DNA of 55,475 nt, taken from positions 173,062 through 228,536 of the forward strand of contig BLSG01000385.1 in NCBI GenBank assembly GCA_012862495.1, read 5' to 3'. Shown piece by piece: positions 11,000 through 23,989 of this stretch. Origin of the DNA: Thraustochytrium aureum. Lineage: Eukaryota. Within the stretch, counting starts at the first letter, position 1. The number at the start of each line of letters is the position of its first letter. The translations under genes and the position numbers were made by a program. The notes beneath the pieces were generated by a model, which was given only the letters and a program-made list of their open reading frames with translations, searched no databases and was not told where the DNA came from.

Positions 11000-11736
11000 T
11001 CCCCTGACAGCAACCAAGCTCGAGCCCCTCGTTCCCCCGTGTAAAGACCTAGCTAGATGCGCTCGCCTGTGTCGGCGGCATTTGGCTGGCTCGTCGTTGC
11101 TCTACCTCGCCAATGAAGCGCGCGGAGCTCCGGACGCGGATCCGCGCTTACGATCCCACTCACTCGAGCAAGCAGCTCTCGAGAAAGCGCACCACGCCGA
11201 AGCAGGCAAGCACCGCGAGACGAGGGCTGCCTGTCCAAGCGCGCGCGAGCAGGCGCCTTGAAGGCTGATCTTGATTGAAAGCAAGACAACAACGAGTCCG
11301 CCCTGAGCTGCATGCACGAGCTCGTTGCGCACTTTGCGCAGGCCGCCGCACCACCGCAGCTGAAGAAGAAACCCCCGCGGCCTGCACTGCACGAGGCTAT
11401 TGCCGGCCTCTGGTTGAGCTGCATGCTCACGATGAGCTCGTTGCGTCCCCGCGCAGGCCGCCGCGCCGCAAGAGCTCAATCAACAATCTTGAAGTCAAAA
11501 CAAGGGGAAAAAAAGAGAGGCGCAGCGGCCCTCGCAGAACCCGAACTGCTGCGTGCGGCCTGCGCAGGCGGGACCTGGCAGGGCCAGGAGGCGAGCGTCT
11601 CGACGCCAGGGCGCTCCTCGTCGCCCGGACCCCGCTGGCCGTGCGGGTTGTGACGGCGGCGGTGCGGCAGGCAGGCAGGGACGCGGTCCGTTTTTTGGTT
11701 TGAATTGAGGCGGTGATTTGCAGGTCGAGCAGCAGG

Positions 11737-14038
11737 ATGGGCATCGCTGGCTTGCTTTTGACGCTAAAGTCGATCACGCGCAGTGCGAGCCTGCGCGAGT
11801 TTAGAGGCAAGACTGCCGCCGTTGACGCGTTTGGATGGTAAGTAGGGCGGGCGAGCGAAGGAGAGGTGCGCGGCGGTTTTTTCCCGGGTGCTGACGGGGC
11901 GTCGACGGTCAGGCTCCACCGCGGCACCTACGCGTGCAGCACGGACATTTGCATCAATAGCGATGCGTCCAAGTGCGTGGCGTACTGCATGAAGCGAGTA
12001 GAGATGCTGCTGCACTTTGGGGTTACGCCGCTGATGGTGTTTGACGGGGGCGACCTGCCCATGAAGGGGGGCACCGAAGCGATACGGCGCGCCAGTCGCG
12101 AAAAGTACATGGCTGAGGGGCGCGAGCTGTACGCGCGACGCGAGCTGGACAAGGCGCATCAGGCGTTCACCAAGGCGGTCGACGTGACGCCCGAGATCGC
12201 TCTCGCGCTGATTCGCGCGCTCCAGAAGCGCGGCGTCGCCTTCGTGGTTGCGCCGTTCGAGGCGGACGCCCAGCTGGCCTACTTGTGCATGAACGGGCAC
12301 GCGGACTTTTGCATCAGCGAGGACTCGGACTGCCTCCCGTTCGGATGCAACACGGTGTTTTTCAAGCTCGACGCCGAGGGAGGCGGTGAAGTGATTTCGC
12401 TCGACAACCTCGGGCAAAGCCGAGAGCCCAACCTCCGCGGATTCACGCACGACATGTTTTTGGACATGTGCATCCTGTCGGGCTGCGACTACCTGCCCTC
12501 GTTGCCAAAGATGGGCCCGAAATCTGCTTTCAAGTTGGTGCGCAAGTTTCGGACCACGGCAAAGGTGCTGCGCGGCCTCCGGTTTGACGGCAACTACCGC
12601 GTTCCGCGCGACTTCGAGCGGCAGTTCTACAAGGCGCGCTTCACCTTTCGCCATCATCGCGTCTACACCTATGGCGACGCGGCGCGCCATGTCGCTCCGC
12701 TGCGCGCCTTCGCGAGCGAGGACGTTGCCGTGCTGGCCGAAGAGGACCGCAATTTGGCGTTTCTTGGGCCCCCGATCGACCCCGAGCTGGCACACGCGAT
12801 TGCCTGCGCGCGGGTCAACCCCATCACGCTCGAGGTCTTTCCGACGAACGTTTTGGAGGACCAGGTTGGCGCTGCCGATGNNNNNNNNNNNNNNNNNNNN
12901 NNNNNNNNNNNNNNNNNNNNNNNNNNNNNNNNNNNNNNNNNNNNNNNNNNNNNNNNNNNNNNNNNNNNNNNNNNNNNNNNNNNNNNNGCCCTGTTCCTCG
13001 GTTTCCTGCAGCACCGATCATATTCCTGTCGGCGAGGCGCTTGGCCGGGACGGGGACGGTGTCGTTTGCAGCGATGCCGACGCAAGCGACGCCGCGGACG
13101 CGCCTGGCGGGCTGAAGCGGGCTGCCGTTTCCAGCAAGCATTTTGCTGACTTGCCGACGCCAGCGCCGGCGGGCCCTTTGGGGCCTCGGCAGGCCAAGCG
13201 CTCGCGCTTTGACAAGCAGCCCAACAAGCTGCAGCGGTTTTTGTTTGGCGAGCTCGGCGCGAGCACGCCAACGTGCGGCGCCCGATCGCCCGCGCAATGC
13301 ACGACTGGGCACAGCTCGGCCTCCCCTCGGCCTCCGAACTCAACTGGACCGACCGCGACGGTCCGAGTGGAGCGCAGCGTTTTTAAATCGAGCTGGTCCA
13401 CGCCGAGCGCGCGGAGCGTCTGCTGGATGTCGGCGCAGAAGACACGCACGACAGGGGCTGGGTCCGTTTCGATTACGCGATTCTTCGCCAAACGACAGCC
13501 TGACGAGACGCCAGACTCGAACGCTCTCGTTGAACGTGCGGCCTCCCAGGGCGAGTTGGACTCGCCCTCGCCGCTTTTGCCCGACGCGCCGCCACCGGAG
13601 AGCCCAGAGCGCCACAGGACGGTTTCCGGCCGCGGCTGTGCTCGTTCGCTCGAGGGGCCAGGGCGGAGGCGAGCCGCTGGTCTTGAACCGGTCCCCTGGT
13701 CAGCAGCGCCGACCACTCCAGAACGGCAATCACCCAAATCTGATGATGTGGAGACGCCGCCGCGCGAGTCCAGCGCGCGAGGCCCCAAGGCAGGTGTCTC
13801 GAGCACGCCTGTTGCCGACGCTTGCGGCGAGGATGCTGGGACTGGGCCACGTTGCGGTTCGGCGCTTGGGAGTGTGACCAGGAGCGCGCGGCTCACGTTG
13901 CGGAGCAAGTTTGTCCAGGGAACGCCGCCGCGTCGAGGAGCTGGGGGCAATCCGTTCTTGTCATTTGCATTCGATGAGCGCGCGCAGGCGCTTGCCGCGT
14001 CGCCTGAGGGCCTTGGGCGCCAGGCGAGTCGTCAGTGA
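11737..14038 (+). CDS. EXO1: Exonuclease 1 (XPG/Rad2 family); exon 1 11737-11837, exon 2 from 11913, small gap, disordered C-terminus
   Basis: MGIAGLL...[67 protein letters not shown]. Confidence 0.92.
11838..11912 (+). other. Spliceosomal intron (75 nt) in EXO1
   Basis: GTAAGT...GCTGAC (11890)...CAG. Removal gives the conserved W-L-H-R-G. Confidence 0.92.
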
Positions 14039-14405
14039 CAGCAGACAACCTCGCAAGCCGAAAACAAGGGTCAGGGCGCCGCGCGCCGACGCGGGAAAGC
14101 AAAACAGGCGCTCGGTGTTTCTATTCCCTATTTCCTTGGCTTTAGAACGAAGATGTTGGGCGAGGGTCTTTTTCTTGCCAGCTGGCGGGCCAGTGCGTGC
14201 GGGTCGCGCTGCCGTCTGGGCAGAGCATGTCACGCACCATCCATGCCACGACGTCCAGCCGGACGCCACTTCTGGCTGTTCAGTGCGACCGTTGGGGCTT
14301 GCGCAGCCCATGCGCGTCGCGAGAGCGATGCAGGATGCGACGAGCAGCGAGGCGCAACTCTGAAGGCGCGCACGACGGGCTTCAGCTGCTCTGCTACGAG
14401 CAAAA

Positions 14406-15761
14406 CTATTCCGCGACGACATCGTCGCCAAACTTTTCGCGCAGGACCTTCTTTACCGCAGTCGTCTCGGCTTGAAGACGGCTGTTTGCAGAGACCCCCA
14501 AACTTCCATCAACCCGCTCGAACGAGGACAGGGGGAGTTGCGGCGTCAGGTACTCAACTTGGCTGTCGAACTTGTCGCCGAGGAGGCGCATGGCCTCTTC
14601 TCCAGGAATGACGCGCTCTATGATCTGGTTGACCATCAGGTAGGGCTTGCCGCTGACCATATTGTCGAGCGAAATAGGAAAGTCGACGTCGCTGCTGTCG
14701 ACTGTGCAAGCGACGACACGCAAAAGCAGTTTCGATATTCCGTCTCGCACCAGAAGAACGTCGCCGGGGTTTACGACGAGGGCTACTTTGTTGTTGAGCT
14801 CAAGCTGGCGTCTCTTAGGCGCGGCTGCGGCTTGATCGTCGCGCGGGTCCTCTTGAAGGAGCTTTTCTATTTCCGCAGCCGGGACCAAGCACATGCTTTC
14901 CTGCTCCGCTCGTTCGCGCTCCGAGGCCTTGTTGTACAGATCGCGGTAAGTCGCGACGACAGCGTTGCGGCGGGCCATAAGGCTCCTGTCCTTCTTGCTG
15001 AGGCTCGCGCTGCCACTCTTTCGCCGCTTGCCTTTGGGTTTCTTAGCGGCTACTGTGAGGCCCAGCATTTCGTTGTACGCCTCCGAGTCTGGCACAAACG
15101 GGACGAGATCAGCGATCAGGTTGCGCTGGTAGTACATCCTCCCCTCGTCGAAAATTACGAGCACCGTCGAGTCGCCGCGAACGTCTGCTATGGGGCGCTT
15201 ATCCGCGGCTGGGGTAGTCTTCAAGATGTCTTGGTCGCTCAATGACAGCCCCGCAATGTTGTTCACACGGAGGGCGGGAAACCAAACCGACTTGGTCCCG
15301 TAGTACCCAAGAGCCCAGAAAAGGTCGGTTGTTCTGCACTCATTGCCAAGCCGTTCTATGTCCTCCAAGCGAAGGCGCTCCTTTGCCTCGTTACGCAGTT
15401 TCCGCCCCGACTTTGGCGCCGCCGTTTTGGTCCGCTTTGGCTCCGGCGACTCGCTGCTTTCGCCCTCGCGCTTGGACCCCTTCGCCAACGCTTTATCAGC
15501 CGCTCGCTCAGGGCTGCCGCACACGCTGCCATGCACCGATTCTGGTGCCTTGGAGGTCTCTTCCGTGTCCTGCGACGAGGGCAGCAACGCGTCGCTCTCT
15601 TTGCGCTTGCCCGACCTGAGCCCAACCGTCCACAGATCATCATCATCCGAGTCCACGTCTGAACAGCCCGCCACGTCCTTTTCGTCGGTCTCGCTCGTCT
15701 GCTGCTGCTCGTCTGCAGCATCGCGGAGCGCATCATCGGCCATCTTCAAGAGCTCCGCCAT
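14406..15761 (-). CDS. Hypothetical nuclear protein with possible PWWP/Tudor-like domain
   Basis: Long ORF with an acidic/basic disordered N-terminus, DLFWALGYYGTKSVWFPALRV and LVIFD (PWWP-like strands), and a basic KKPKGKRRK. ATG at 15761 chosen. Confidence 0.65.
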   Translation of the reverse strand: MAELLKMADDALRDAADEQQQTSETDEKDVAGCSDVDSDDDDLWTVGLRSGKRKESDALLPSSQDTEETSKAPESVHGSVCGSPERAADKALAKGSKREGESSESPEPKRTKTAAPKSGRKLRNEAKERLRLEDIERLGNECRTTDLFWALGYYGTKSVWFPALRVNNIAGLSLSDQDILKTTPAADKRPIADVRGDSTVLVIFDEGRMYYQRNLIADLVPFVPDSEAYNEMLGLTVAAKKPKGKRRKSGSASLSKKDRSLMARRNAVVATYRDLYNKASERERAEQESMCLVPAAEIEKLLQEDPRDDQAAAAPKRRQLELNNKVALVVNPGDVLLVRDGISKLLLRVVACTVDSSDVDFPISLDNMVSGKPYLMVNQIIERVIPGEEAMRLLGDKFDSQVEYLTPQLPLSSFERVDGSLGVSANSRLQAETTAVKKVLREKFGDDVVAE

Positions 15762-17696
15762 CCCGTCGCCCAGCCTGTCCTGCGCGTCCGAGGCCGCCCA
15801 CGAAACCGACAAAAACCCACGCCCCACGCAGCCGCTCGCCAGGCAGCCGACCAGGCAGCCGACCAGGCAGCCGGAGAGCAACGCCAGCCAGTACCGCAGC
15901 CGATGCAGCCGATGACCCTGCGCGTCCTGGCCGCTCTCGTCGTGGACTGACTCACTGGCTGACCGACTCTGGCTGTTTGCTGCTCTGCTCAATCAATCAA
16001 GCTCTGCTCAGACTCTCAACCTCTGCCTGCCGGTGCGCAGGGCATCGGCGAACTCCCGCTATTGTCCGCCAGCGGAGTTGGACGCATTGACTCACCGAGG
16101 ACCGACCTCGCGCGCATGCGTTGACGATGATCATGATGCTGGCAGGCAGGCAGGCAGGCAGGCGTGGATGTGATGCTGGATGGCCACGGGCGCGGTCAGC
16201 GCATGGCTGATGCGCGCAGCCCAGCGCTGGGGATGCGGCCGGCGCTGGGCTTTGCTCGTCGGTTGGTTGGCTGATCTCGCGCGGGCTCGGCAACTGGGAC
16301 TTGGATGTGCCATGAACGTGCGTGGGCGGGCGGACTGGCAGCGTTGGCTGTGGCCTTTGGACGTGGCGGCATGGCCGTGCTGGGGTTGGTCGAGAGGCCG
16401 GGCTGTGCGTGGTTGTCCAGGGCGCTCGCTGGTGAGGTTGCTGTCGACCCTGGTTTGGCAGAACGTTTTGGCGGAGCGCATGGAAGGGCCGGCACAAACC
16501 ATCGCGTCGGACCTGTGCAGCAGGAGCAGATTGGCGCGTCCGTGGTCGTGAACTGCGCCGTCCCTTTGCCCTGACCGACTCCAAAGGCCCTATGGGCGGT
16601 CCAGAATCGGGCATCCATCGCGTGTCGACCGCTGACAGTTCAATCGCCTGCCAGTGGCACTGACGAGCGATTAAATGTGCACACCTGTGCATTCAATCTC
16701 GACTCTTGATCTTCCAATCTTCAAGAAAGACAGTAGCAGCAATGCACGCACGTGATCAGTCAAGAGTTGCTGCCCTGCTAGTGCGCGTCCTTCCACTGGC
16801 AGTGCAGTGCGGTCAAGTCGGACCCTCCTTGGTGCAAAGCATTTCTCATCACCACCGTCGTGGTCATCGCCACCGTCGTGATCATCACTGGCGGTCGACA
16901 CAGCGTGTGTGCGCGTCGTTTGTGACTCGTCGTAATGCTCCGTTTGCACGAGAGACACCTGGCTGGCTCTGGCCGGTCCTTGCGGCAGGTCACCGGAAGG
17001 TTGCCGGCAGCACGCGCAGGTCACGGCACACGGGCACACGGGATCGGGATTCGGGACCCCGTTGATCACGGAAAAATGGAATGGTTGGCTGGCTTTGTCC
17101 TTGCGAGACTCGGAGAGGAAGCAGGGAGTGTGGTCGTCGTCGCACCTTGCAAGAGGTGCCATTTTGGTTTGTTTAGTGTTGCTACGAGGCCATCACATCA
17201 GGCCACCAGCGCCACTCCTGTACTCTACTCAGGTGGGTAAAGGACTGAGTAAGGTATGAACCACTTACCCAACCTTACAGTTCTCTCCCGGCAAGGATGA
17301 TCATCATCAGCGTCTTGTCGCGAAAGAACGTGGCGTTGACGTGCGGAGCGCAGTGCCGACTCACACAATAATGTGGAACGGTGCTGACGACGCGCTGGTC
17401 CTCAGTTCAATGACGCGCGAAGCTTGCTGCTCTTTCCCATGTGATCAGCAGGCACAACCATTCAAGACAGCAGTCCCGCATCGGCTTTGGATGCCCTCGA
17501 GGTCGGCGAGCAACGCGCGCAGCACCCCAGGCTCTCGTTGGTCGTGGCAAAGGGAAGCGCGGCTGAAGCATTCAAGGAGGCAAAGTCGGCTTGGAAGAGA
17601 ACCGCTGGCATCGTGCAGCGCGGCGCACGAGAGGGGCCGAGCTTAGCGCGCGCCTGCAGTCCAGGCGCCAAGCGCCAAGCGCAGTGCAGGGGCACG

Positions 17697-20600
17697 ATGG
17701 CGACCCAGGGCGGAGGGACCTACTTTCCGACACTGTCTGCGAGATGCTTCATGAGTCTGGTGGACGTCATGATTTTTATTATGTGCCTCGCTTTCTCGGT
17801 GTGGATGCTTTTGCAGGACGGCGGCGACTGCCTAACCGACGACGCATTTTGCACCTTTGACATGAACAACGACGGCGTGAACGAATCCGATGCCAACACA
17901 CGCGTTTGGGGCCATGGACTCTTCAACCTGGACACTGGCGCCACGTTTTTGGTTGGCGCAGGTGGGCCCGGTGACGGGCCGCAGCTTGTGCCTGGCGCCC
18001 CCAACTTTGACCAGGACGTGGCCCTGTGCCCGGTCGAGTTTATCTTCATGATTGATGTGTCCACAAGCTTGAAGAACGACCTTCGGGAAAATTACCGAGA
18101 CATTATCCTCGCGACGGGGAAGTTGGTCGGGCTGGACGGATTCAGGACGCCTCCCAAGTACGACGCAGTCGCGAAGGTGATCGCCTTTGCCGGAGGGGAC
18201 TTTGAACTGGACGTTAGCCCCGAGCTGCGCACGGAGCAAGAATTCGCCGACTTTGTGAAAGACCTGTTCGCTCGAACGCTGCTCCCGTTGAACAACACAT
18301 TCAGGTCAACAGGGTCCTACGTGCACAATGCGATGATCTGGACGCTGGACTACGTAGCGACAACCAAGCTGCCCACACCGAACCGCCGCACTGTTCCTGT
18401 CATTTTCACCCACGACAGCATCGGCGACATCGATAACTGCAAATATTACGGCTTTGACATTACCAATGTAGGTGGGCAAGAGGTGGGCACAAAGCTGTGC
18501 GCCACGCTAGCAATGAGCAATATGCTCGGACTCCTGGACCAAGGAGACGACACGAGCTGGATCAACAAAACCGACTTGTGCCCTACCACCGCGTGTGCGG
18601 TGCCCAAGTACTGTGACGTCACCCCCGATGAAGAGTTTGAGGCGATTCTGTACCTTCCTATCTACCAGAGCATTGCTTCGGACTTTGCAGACTACAGGTT
18701 CTACTTCAACCCTCAGGCATCATTCAACTGCAGCCTGTATGAGACCCTGTACAACGATACACGCCCTTCTATTGCACGGCCTGGGCCAAACGGGCTTGGA
18801 TTTTTGAACTTGTTGGAAGGCACGAACGAAGATCGCACACAAGTGGTGTACAACCTCCTGGAGAAGAACCTTTTCACGCCAAGCCTTTCCTTTGAAGGGT
18901 GTACGAAACTGCCGACATCGTCCCCTTCCACGTCGCCGTCCCAGTCTCCCACGAAATCGCCGACACGGTCGCCGACCACCACGCCGTCGCGCTCTCCTTC
19001 AAAGACACCAACCAAAGCGCCTAGCAAGGCACCAACCACGGCGGGCCCNNNNNNNNNNNNNNNNNNNNNNNNNNNNNNNNNNNNNNNNNNNNNNNNNNNN
19101 NNNNNNNNNNNNNNNNNNNNNNNNNNNNNNNNNNNNNNNNNNNNNNNNNNNNNNNNNNNNNNNNNNNNNNNNNNNNNNNNNNNNNNNNNNNNNNNNNNNN
19201 NNNNNNNNNNNNNNNNNNNNNNNNTCGCCAACGCTCTGCCCAGGCCTTCCTGCAGGCGATCCAGTCACCTACATGCGATTCTTTTCGTGGATGCTCATCG
19301 TCCACGGGGTTGCACTTCTATTCGCCGCGGCGTTGCACATCAGTGAGACGCGCGCTATGCCGTGGGGTCGCAGTGAGGACCTCGAGTTGCTGCGAGTGCG
19401 CTACTTGACCTGCGGGGTCCTGGGCCTTTTTGCAATCGGGCTTGTAGCCTTCGGAGCGCGCGCTTTTGAAGAATACGCGGAGACCAAGCGCATCAACGTT
19501 TGTGAAGGCCGCTCGGCGCGGCGCTTGCAGAATGATGACGGATTCCTCATCTGCTCCCACCAGAACAACCCCTGGGCCGCCTTTGCGCTTGTCCTTTGCG
19601 CCGCTGTCGTGATGCACTCCGTCCAAGTCCTTCTTAAAGCCGAGCGTGTCGTAGTCGCCCTGGTGGCTCTAGCGTTTTGTATTCCCGCCTCCGGTTCCCT
19701 TGGGGTTCTGTTCTGGAGCACGTATCCAAGCGACCCGTACGACGGCTGCCTCAGCGCACAGGCCAACGCGATGTTTGGGGGCGTGGGACTGTTTGGCCTT
19801 CTTCTCATGGGAGGCGCCAACCTGCACGGAGCCATGTCGAACGAGCTGAGCTTTCTGGGCGTTTTCGCACACGTGAACCATGTTCCAACGAACGACGCAG
19901 GCGAGCAAGTCAACCCGTCAGAGCCGCAGAGAAAGTCAATACCTAAAGGAATTCAAGTAGATGGCGACGATACAGTCATGGAGGCTCCTATTGAGGTGAG
20001 CAGGTGGACGAGCATTCCCTTTCCACGAGAACCCGAGGCCCATAGCAGGGAATTCGGCGGCATTGGCATCGTCCTCCTCCTCCTCCTCCTCGAAATGATG
20101 ATCGACCTGATGGCGATCTCGATCGCATTCGCCCTCTTTGTCATCGCTGCAGCCGCAGTTCTCCCGATGCTACTGTTGGTGGTCCTGGTTGTTCGACCCG
20201 TGCGTGCAATCTTCCAGCGCCTTCGCGAACGCAGCCCGTTCCACCCACTCAAGTTTCTGGAATCGACCACGCTGTCTAACCGATTCACGTTTGTGCAATG
20301 GGCCATGCTCGCAGGCGTCATCGGCGCCGTGGTCGCTTCCACAGACCTCGCGCAAGACAAGGATTCCTCGCTCGGTTTCCGCATCAGCACCGTAGTCGCC
20401 TGTGTCGTGATCGGGTTCATCATCATTTACAAGGAAACATTGGCGAAATGGGCGGCGACTCCAGGTGTTGCGGAGCTCGGCACCATTGCTCTGGGCCTGT
20501 TGATTGCCTTTGCCTTTGCGTCTGTCCCCACGGCTGTCTGGCTAAAGTCCTTGGCCGATTCCACTGCTGCTCCCAACTTTGCGCTGTTCGCCTTCCTGCA

Positions 20601-21597
20601 GGCTATAATGCAGCTCGCGCTATTGCCGGAGGCTGCTACTTTCTTCACAGACCTGGTGTTCCAGCCTTCATTGCTGGACGATTCGGACACAGGGGTCATT
20701 TGGAGAACACTCGAGACGATCAAATCGTTCGCGGAGTGTGGTACACAGATGTGCAATCTCTTCGATTCGATCGAAGACGGCAAGAAGAATGCCCGAACGC
20801 AGCAAGCACGCACGGTGAGGACGAGCGAACGGAAATCTTTCAGTGCGCGATTCAAGGCTTTCGCTGCGGAGATTTACTTCAACCGCACGGCGCGGATTGC
20901 TGGTGGCTTGGTTGTCGTTGCAGTCCGCGTCTTCGGCTTGGTTCTAATGGTTGTCAGCATCCGGGCAGCCTTTACAGATGCTTCGGATGACGTGTCGCGG
21001 GAACAGCTCGTGCTGGGAGTCGTGCTTGGCACTTTTGTCGCGGTCGTCACCATTTATGCGCGTTATGCCTTTGCCAAGGCCAAAAAGGCTGCCGTCGAGT
21101 TTGATCTCTTTAACGCGGTTCTGGCTTGCGCCCGCAGGGAGGACGTCTCTACGGAGAGCAAAGCGAAAGCGGTGATATACTCGCCGTTCCGCTTTCTCCG
21201 CGACTTCAAGTACGAGGGCGAGAGACAGGCTATCCTCTCCGAAGTCTACGGCGCTCTCGTTGTTTTCGACTGCGACTCGTACACGTTCTGCGCTGCAGAC
21301 GACCAAGCCAGAGCGAAGAAGCTATGGGGCGAGCTGACGGGCGCCAGATACTCCAACGTCAAGCTTGTGCCCAAAGCGGGAGAAACGGAATTTGACACGG
21401 AGGAGGAGAAAGTCGAGGTTTTCAACCTCGACGATAGGCAGTACTTGGAGCTGCACGGTGCGAGGGCCGCTGGCAACGGCCGATCCGATGCGGTCCAAGC
21501 AGCTTCGGGAAGTGTGTGCTGCTATCCCTCTGTGGGGCTTGGTAGTTACGTGGTTTCGCCCTTCGGCCCCACTCGGTCCACCAACGGGTCCACCTAA
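17697..21597 (+). CDS. vWA-like domain + Ser/Thr/Pro stalk + multipass membrane protein (two segments joined across gap 19049-19224)
   Basis: CPVEFIFMIDVSTSLK (DxSxS MIDAS), PVIFTHD, PTSSPSTSPSQSPTKSPTRSPT repeats, about 10 or more hydrophobic helices in 19260-21070. Confidence 0.75.
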
Positions 21598-21772
21598 TGT
21601 ACTCGAGTACCGGTAGCAGCACGCTGGAAAGAAACGAAATTCAGCTTGCCCACCGGCGATCCGCGCAAGAGCACCACCATCACCGGGCACGCGCTGTGGT
21701 GCAACGCTACCGGTAAACCCAAAGTAGAGTTTCTGTTGTGCAAATCATTTGCGGCACTTGGATGGGATGAGG

Positions 21773-21837
21773 ATGGGCTTGGCAATCAGGCTGCAGGCTC
21801 GGGAATGGGCTTGGCAATCAGGCCGCAGGCTCGGGAA
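21773..21837. repeat. Two tandem copies of a ~32-bp unit ATGGGCTT(T)GGCAATCAGGCYGCAGGCTCGGGA
   Basis: Direct reading. Confidence 0.8.
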
Positions 21838-23100
21838 GTTGAATGGGCCCTGGTGGTGATAGACCTGTCGTGTCAGCACCGCGCAACCTCCGAGTTCATC
21901 GGTGCCTGGACAATCTTTCACAAAGAACAAAGAGCAAAGAACCAACGAACAAGACGCCGGTAACAGTTCGGTTGTTCAACAAAGCTCTGTTCTTTATTCG
22001 TCGCATTCTGCCATGAAACCCGTGTTGTTCTCCCGTCTTCTCCATGTATCCTCCTTGTATCCTTGGTCCAGCACGTCGCATTTATTTGTTGTTCAACTGA
22101 AACAGCGCCGTCGCCCTCCAGTGCTTGCTCGCCCGCAGAGATTCTGACTGGGGCGTAGGTACCGAAGCACACCATCGCGTGACTCGTGGTGAAATGTGCG
22201 CTTCCGACTGCGTAACGCCTCGGCGCTCCCGAGTCCACAGCCACACGGTGGCCAGGATGCAGCCAACTCGTCCTTCAATCCTGCAAAAAATCGAGCGGAA
22301 AGTGAGGTACTCTACTCTACTCACTCTACTCGCAAGCACGTCGCCCGCCCGTCGTCTGGCCAGGAGCAGCAGCAGCAGCAGCAGCCAGCCGTTCGTGAGT
22401 CAGGCAGTCAATCAATCAACGCGTTCCTTCCCAGCCAGCGGCCTCGCCCAGCGGCCTCGCCCGCGGCGTGCCAAAGATCCCAGCGATCAGCGTATCCGTA
22501 GCGTATCTTGCCGCGACCACGCCACGCAGAATCGCCAGGACAGACTGGCAGGTCGCAACTCGCAAGCGAATCCTGCCCTGACACTGGCGGGCGCCGAGAG
22601 AGACAGGCAGGCAGGAGCCCAAGCGAAACCTGTTCTGACGGCTGGAAACAAGAGACTCGGGCCTGGGGGTCCGCCGAGTCCCACCTGAGACAGAGAGCGC
22701 TGCCACGCGCGTCCCATGCCGTATCCTGCCGAAATCCTTCTTCATTGTGGTTTTTTTTGGGTTTTTTCGGTTTTGATGCGGATTGCAGTGCAGGCAGCGA
22801 ACGAGCGCGCTCCTCTCTCATCAGGTGGTATTGTTTCGCTGGGCTGGTGGCGTTTGCGCCATGCCAGTCGACGTGACGGTTTGATTGATTTCAATCGAAC
22901 AGGGCGTGGACTCGGAGAGAAAAGAAAGGAAGCTCAAGCTTGCTTGGCTGCTGCTTCCGCTTTTCGTCCATGGCCAGGATGTTGCTGATGATAGGCAGGC
23001 CTATTCTTCGGCTCGCAGGTGGGCGGGCTGGGCTTCCCCGGCTTCCGCGCAGCTGGGCGACCACGTCGTGAATCTGTTGCACGTGCGTTTGTCTTATTCT

Positions 23101-23128
23101 TCTGTCTGTCTGTCTGTCTGTCTGTCTG
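23101..23128. repeat. (TCTG)7 microsatellite
   Basis: Direct reading. Confidence 0.95.
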
Positions 23129-23989
23129 TTGGGATGGTTGTTCCCTGATGACAGCCTGACGGACGACGGTGTTGCGACTGGTTGGATGGTTATCGGTTGG
23201 TGCGACGACCCGCCTCCGCTCCGCGTTGGTGAGATGCTTGCAGCCCTGGGCAAATTCGACGCGCATCGGACGGCGTCCCACGGAGCGCGGCGGCTGGGCA
23301 CAAAGCCGTGATGATTTGGTGGGTGCTCTGGCCCGCCGGCTCCGGCGCGTTCGCCGAGGGACGATGATCTACGAACGTCGCTCTCGAATGCCTGAGCAAC
23401 TTGGGATTGCTGGGTTGGATGGCCGAGTTAGGTACGGAAAGGAGTCTTTCTTTTGCTGAACAGCCCGCCTCCATCGAGCGCTGGGTGCCACGACGGTCCA
23501 CGAGCCGCTGGTCTGGCAGTTGGGTTGGCTGCGCTGCAGCCAGCCCGACTTGCTCGTAGAGAGCTCAAGCCCTCTACTAGAGCTAGAGCCACCCAAGGAC
23601 GCCCCAGCGCGCAAAGCGACTACCAAATGTCGCCGTGCGACCACTGGATCTGCCCCGAGACCTCCCAATAGGTGCTTCACTTGGCCAAGAGGCGCTTGGG
23701 GTCGAGTCTGCGTCGTTGCGTGGTACTCCAGGTGACTCATTATTCACAAGGCAGCTGGACGGCCAAACCGCGTCGAATCCGAGCAGCCTTGTGGCGTATC
23801 TTCGAGTCTGCTGACAGAGCCAACAACTGGAGACACAACCCGACCGGTACGTCGAGGTGCGATCCAGGTTGATCAATTTGATGCAGAAAAAGGTCGAGCC
23901 CCGCGGGCGGCAGCGCATGGAGGCAGAACCCGAACGAGAGCCAACAGCAGCAAGCGCAGTAACCACAGCAACAAGAAGCACACAGCAAG

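Noticed and set aside
15997..17690. Short ORFs in the divergent intergenic region
   Set aside because: Microsatellite-containing, no domain signal, no consistent coding frame.
21600..23980. Hidden gene or transposon in the 2.4-kb intergenic stretch
   Set aside because: Only short ORFs and microsatellites; no terminal repeats or transposase/RT motifs seen.
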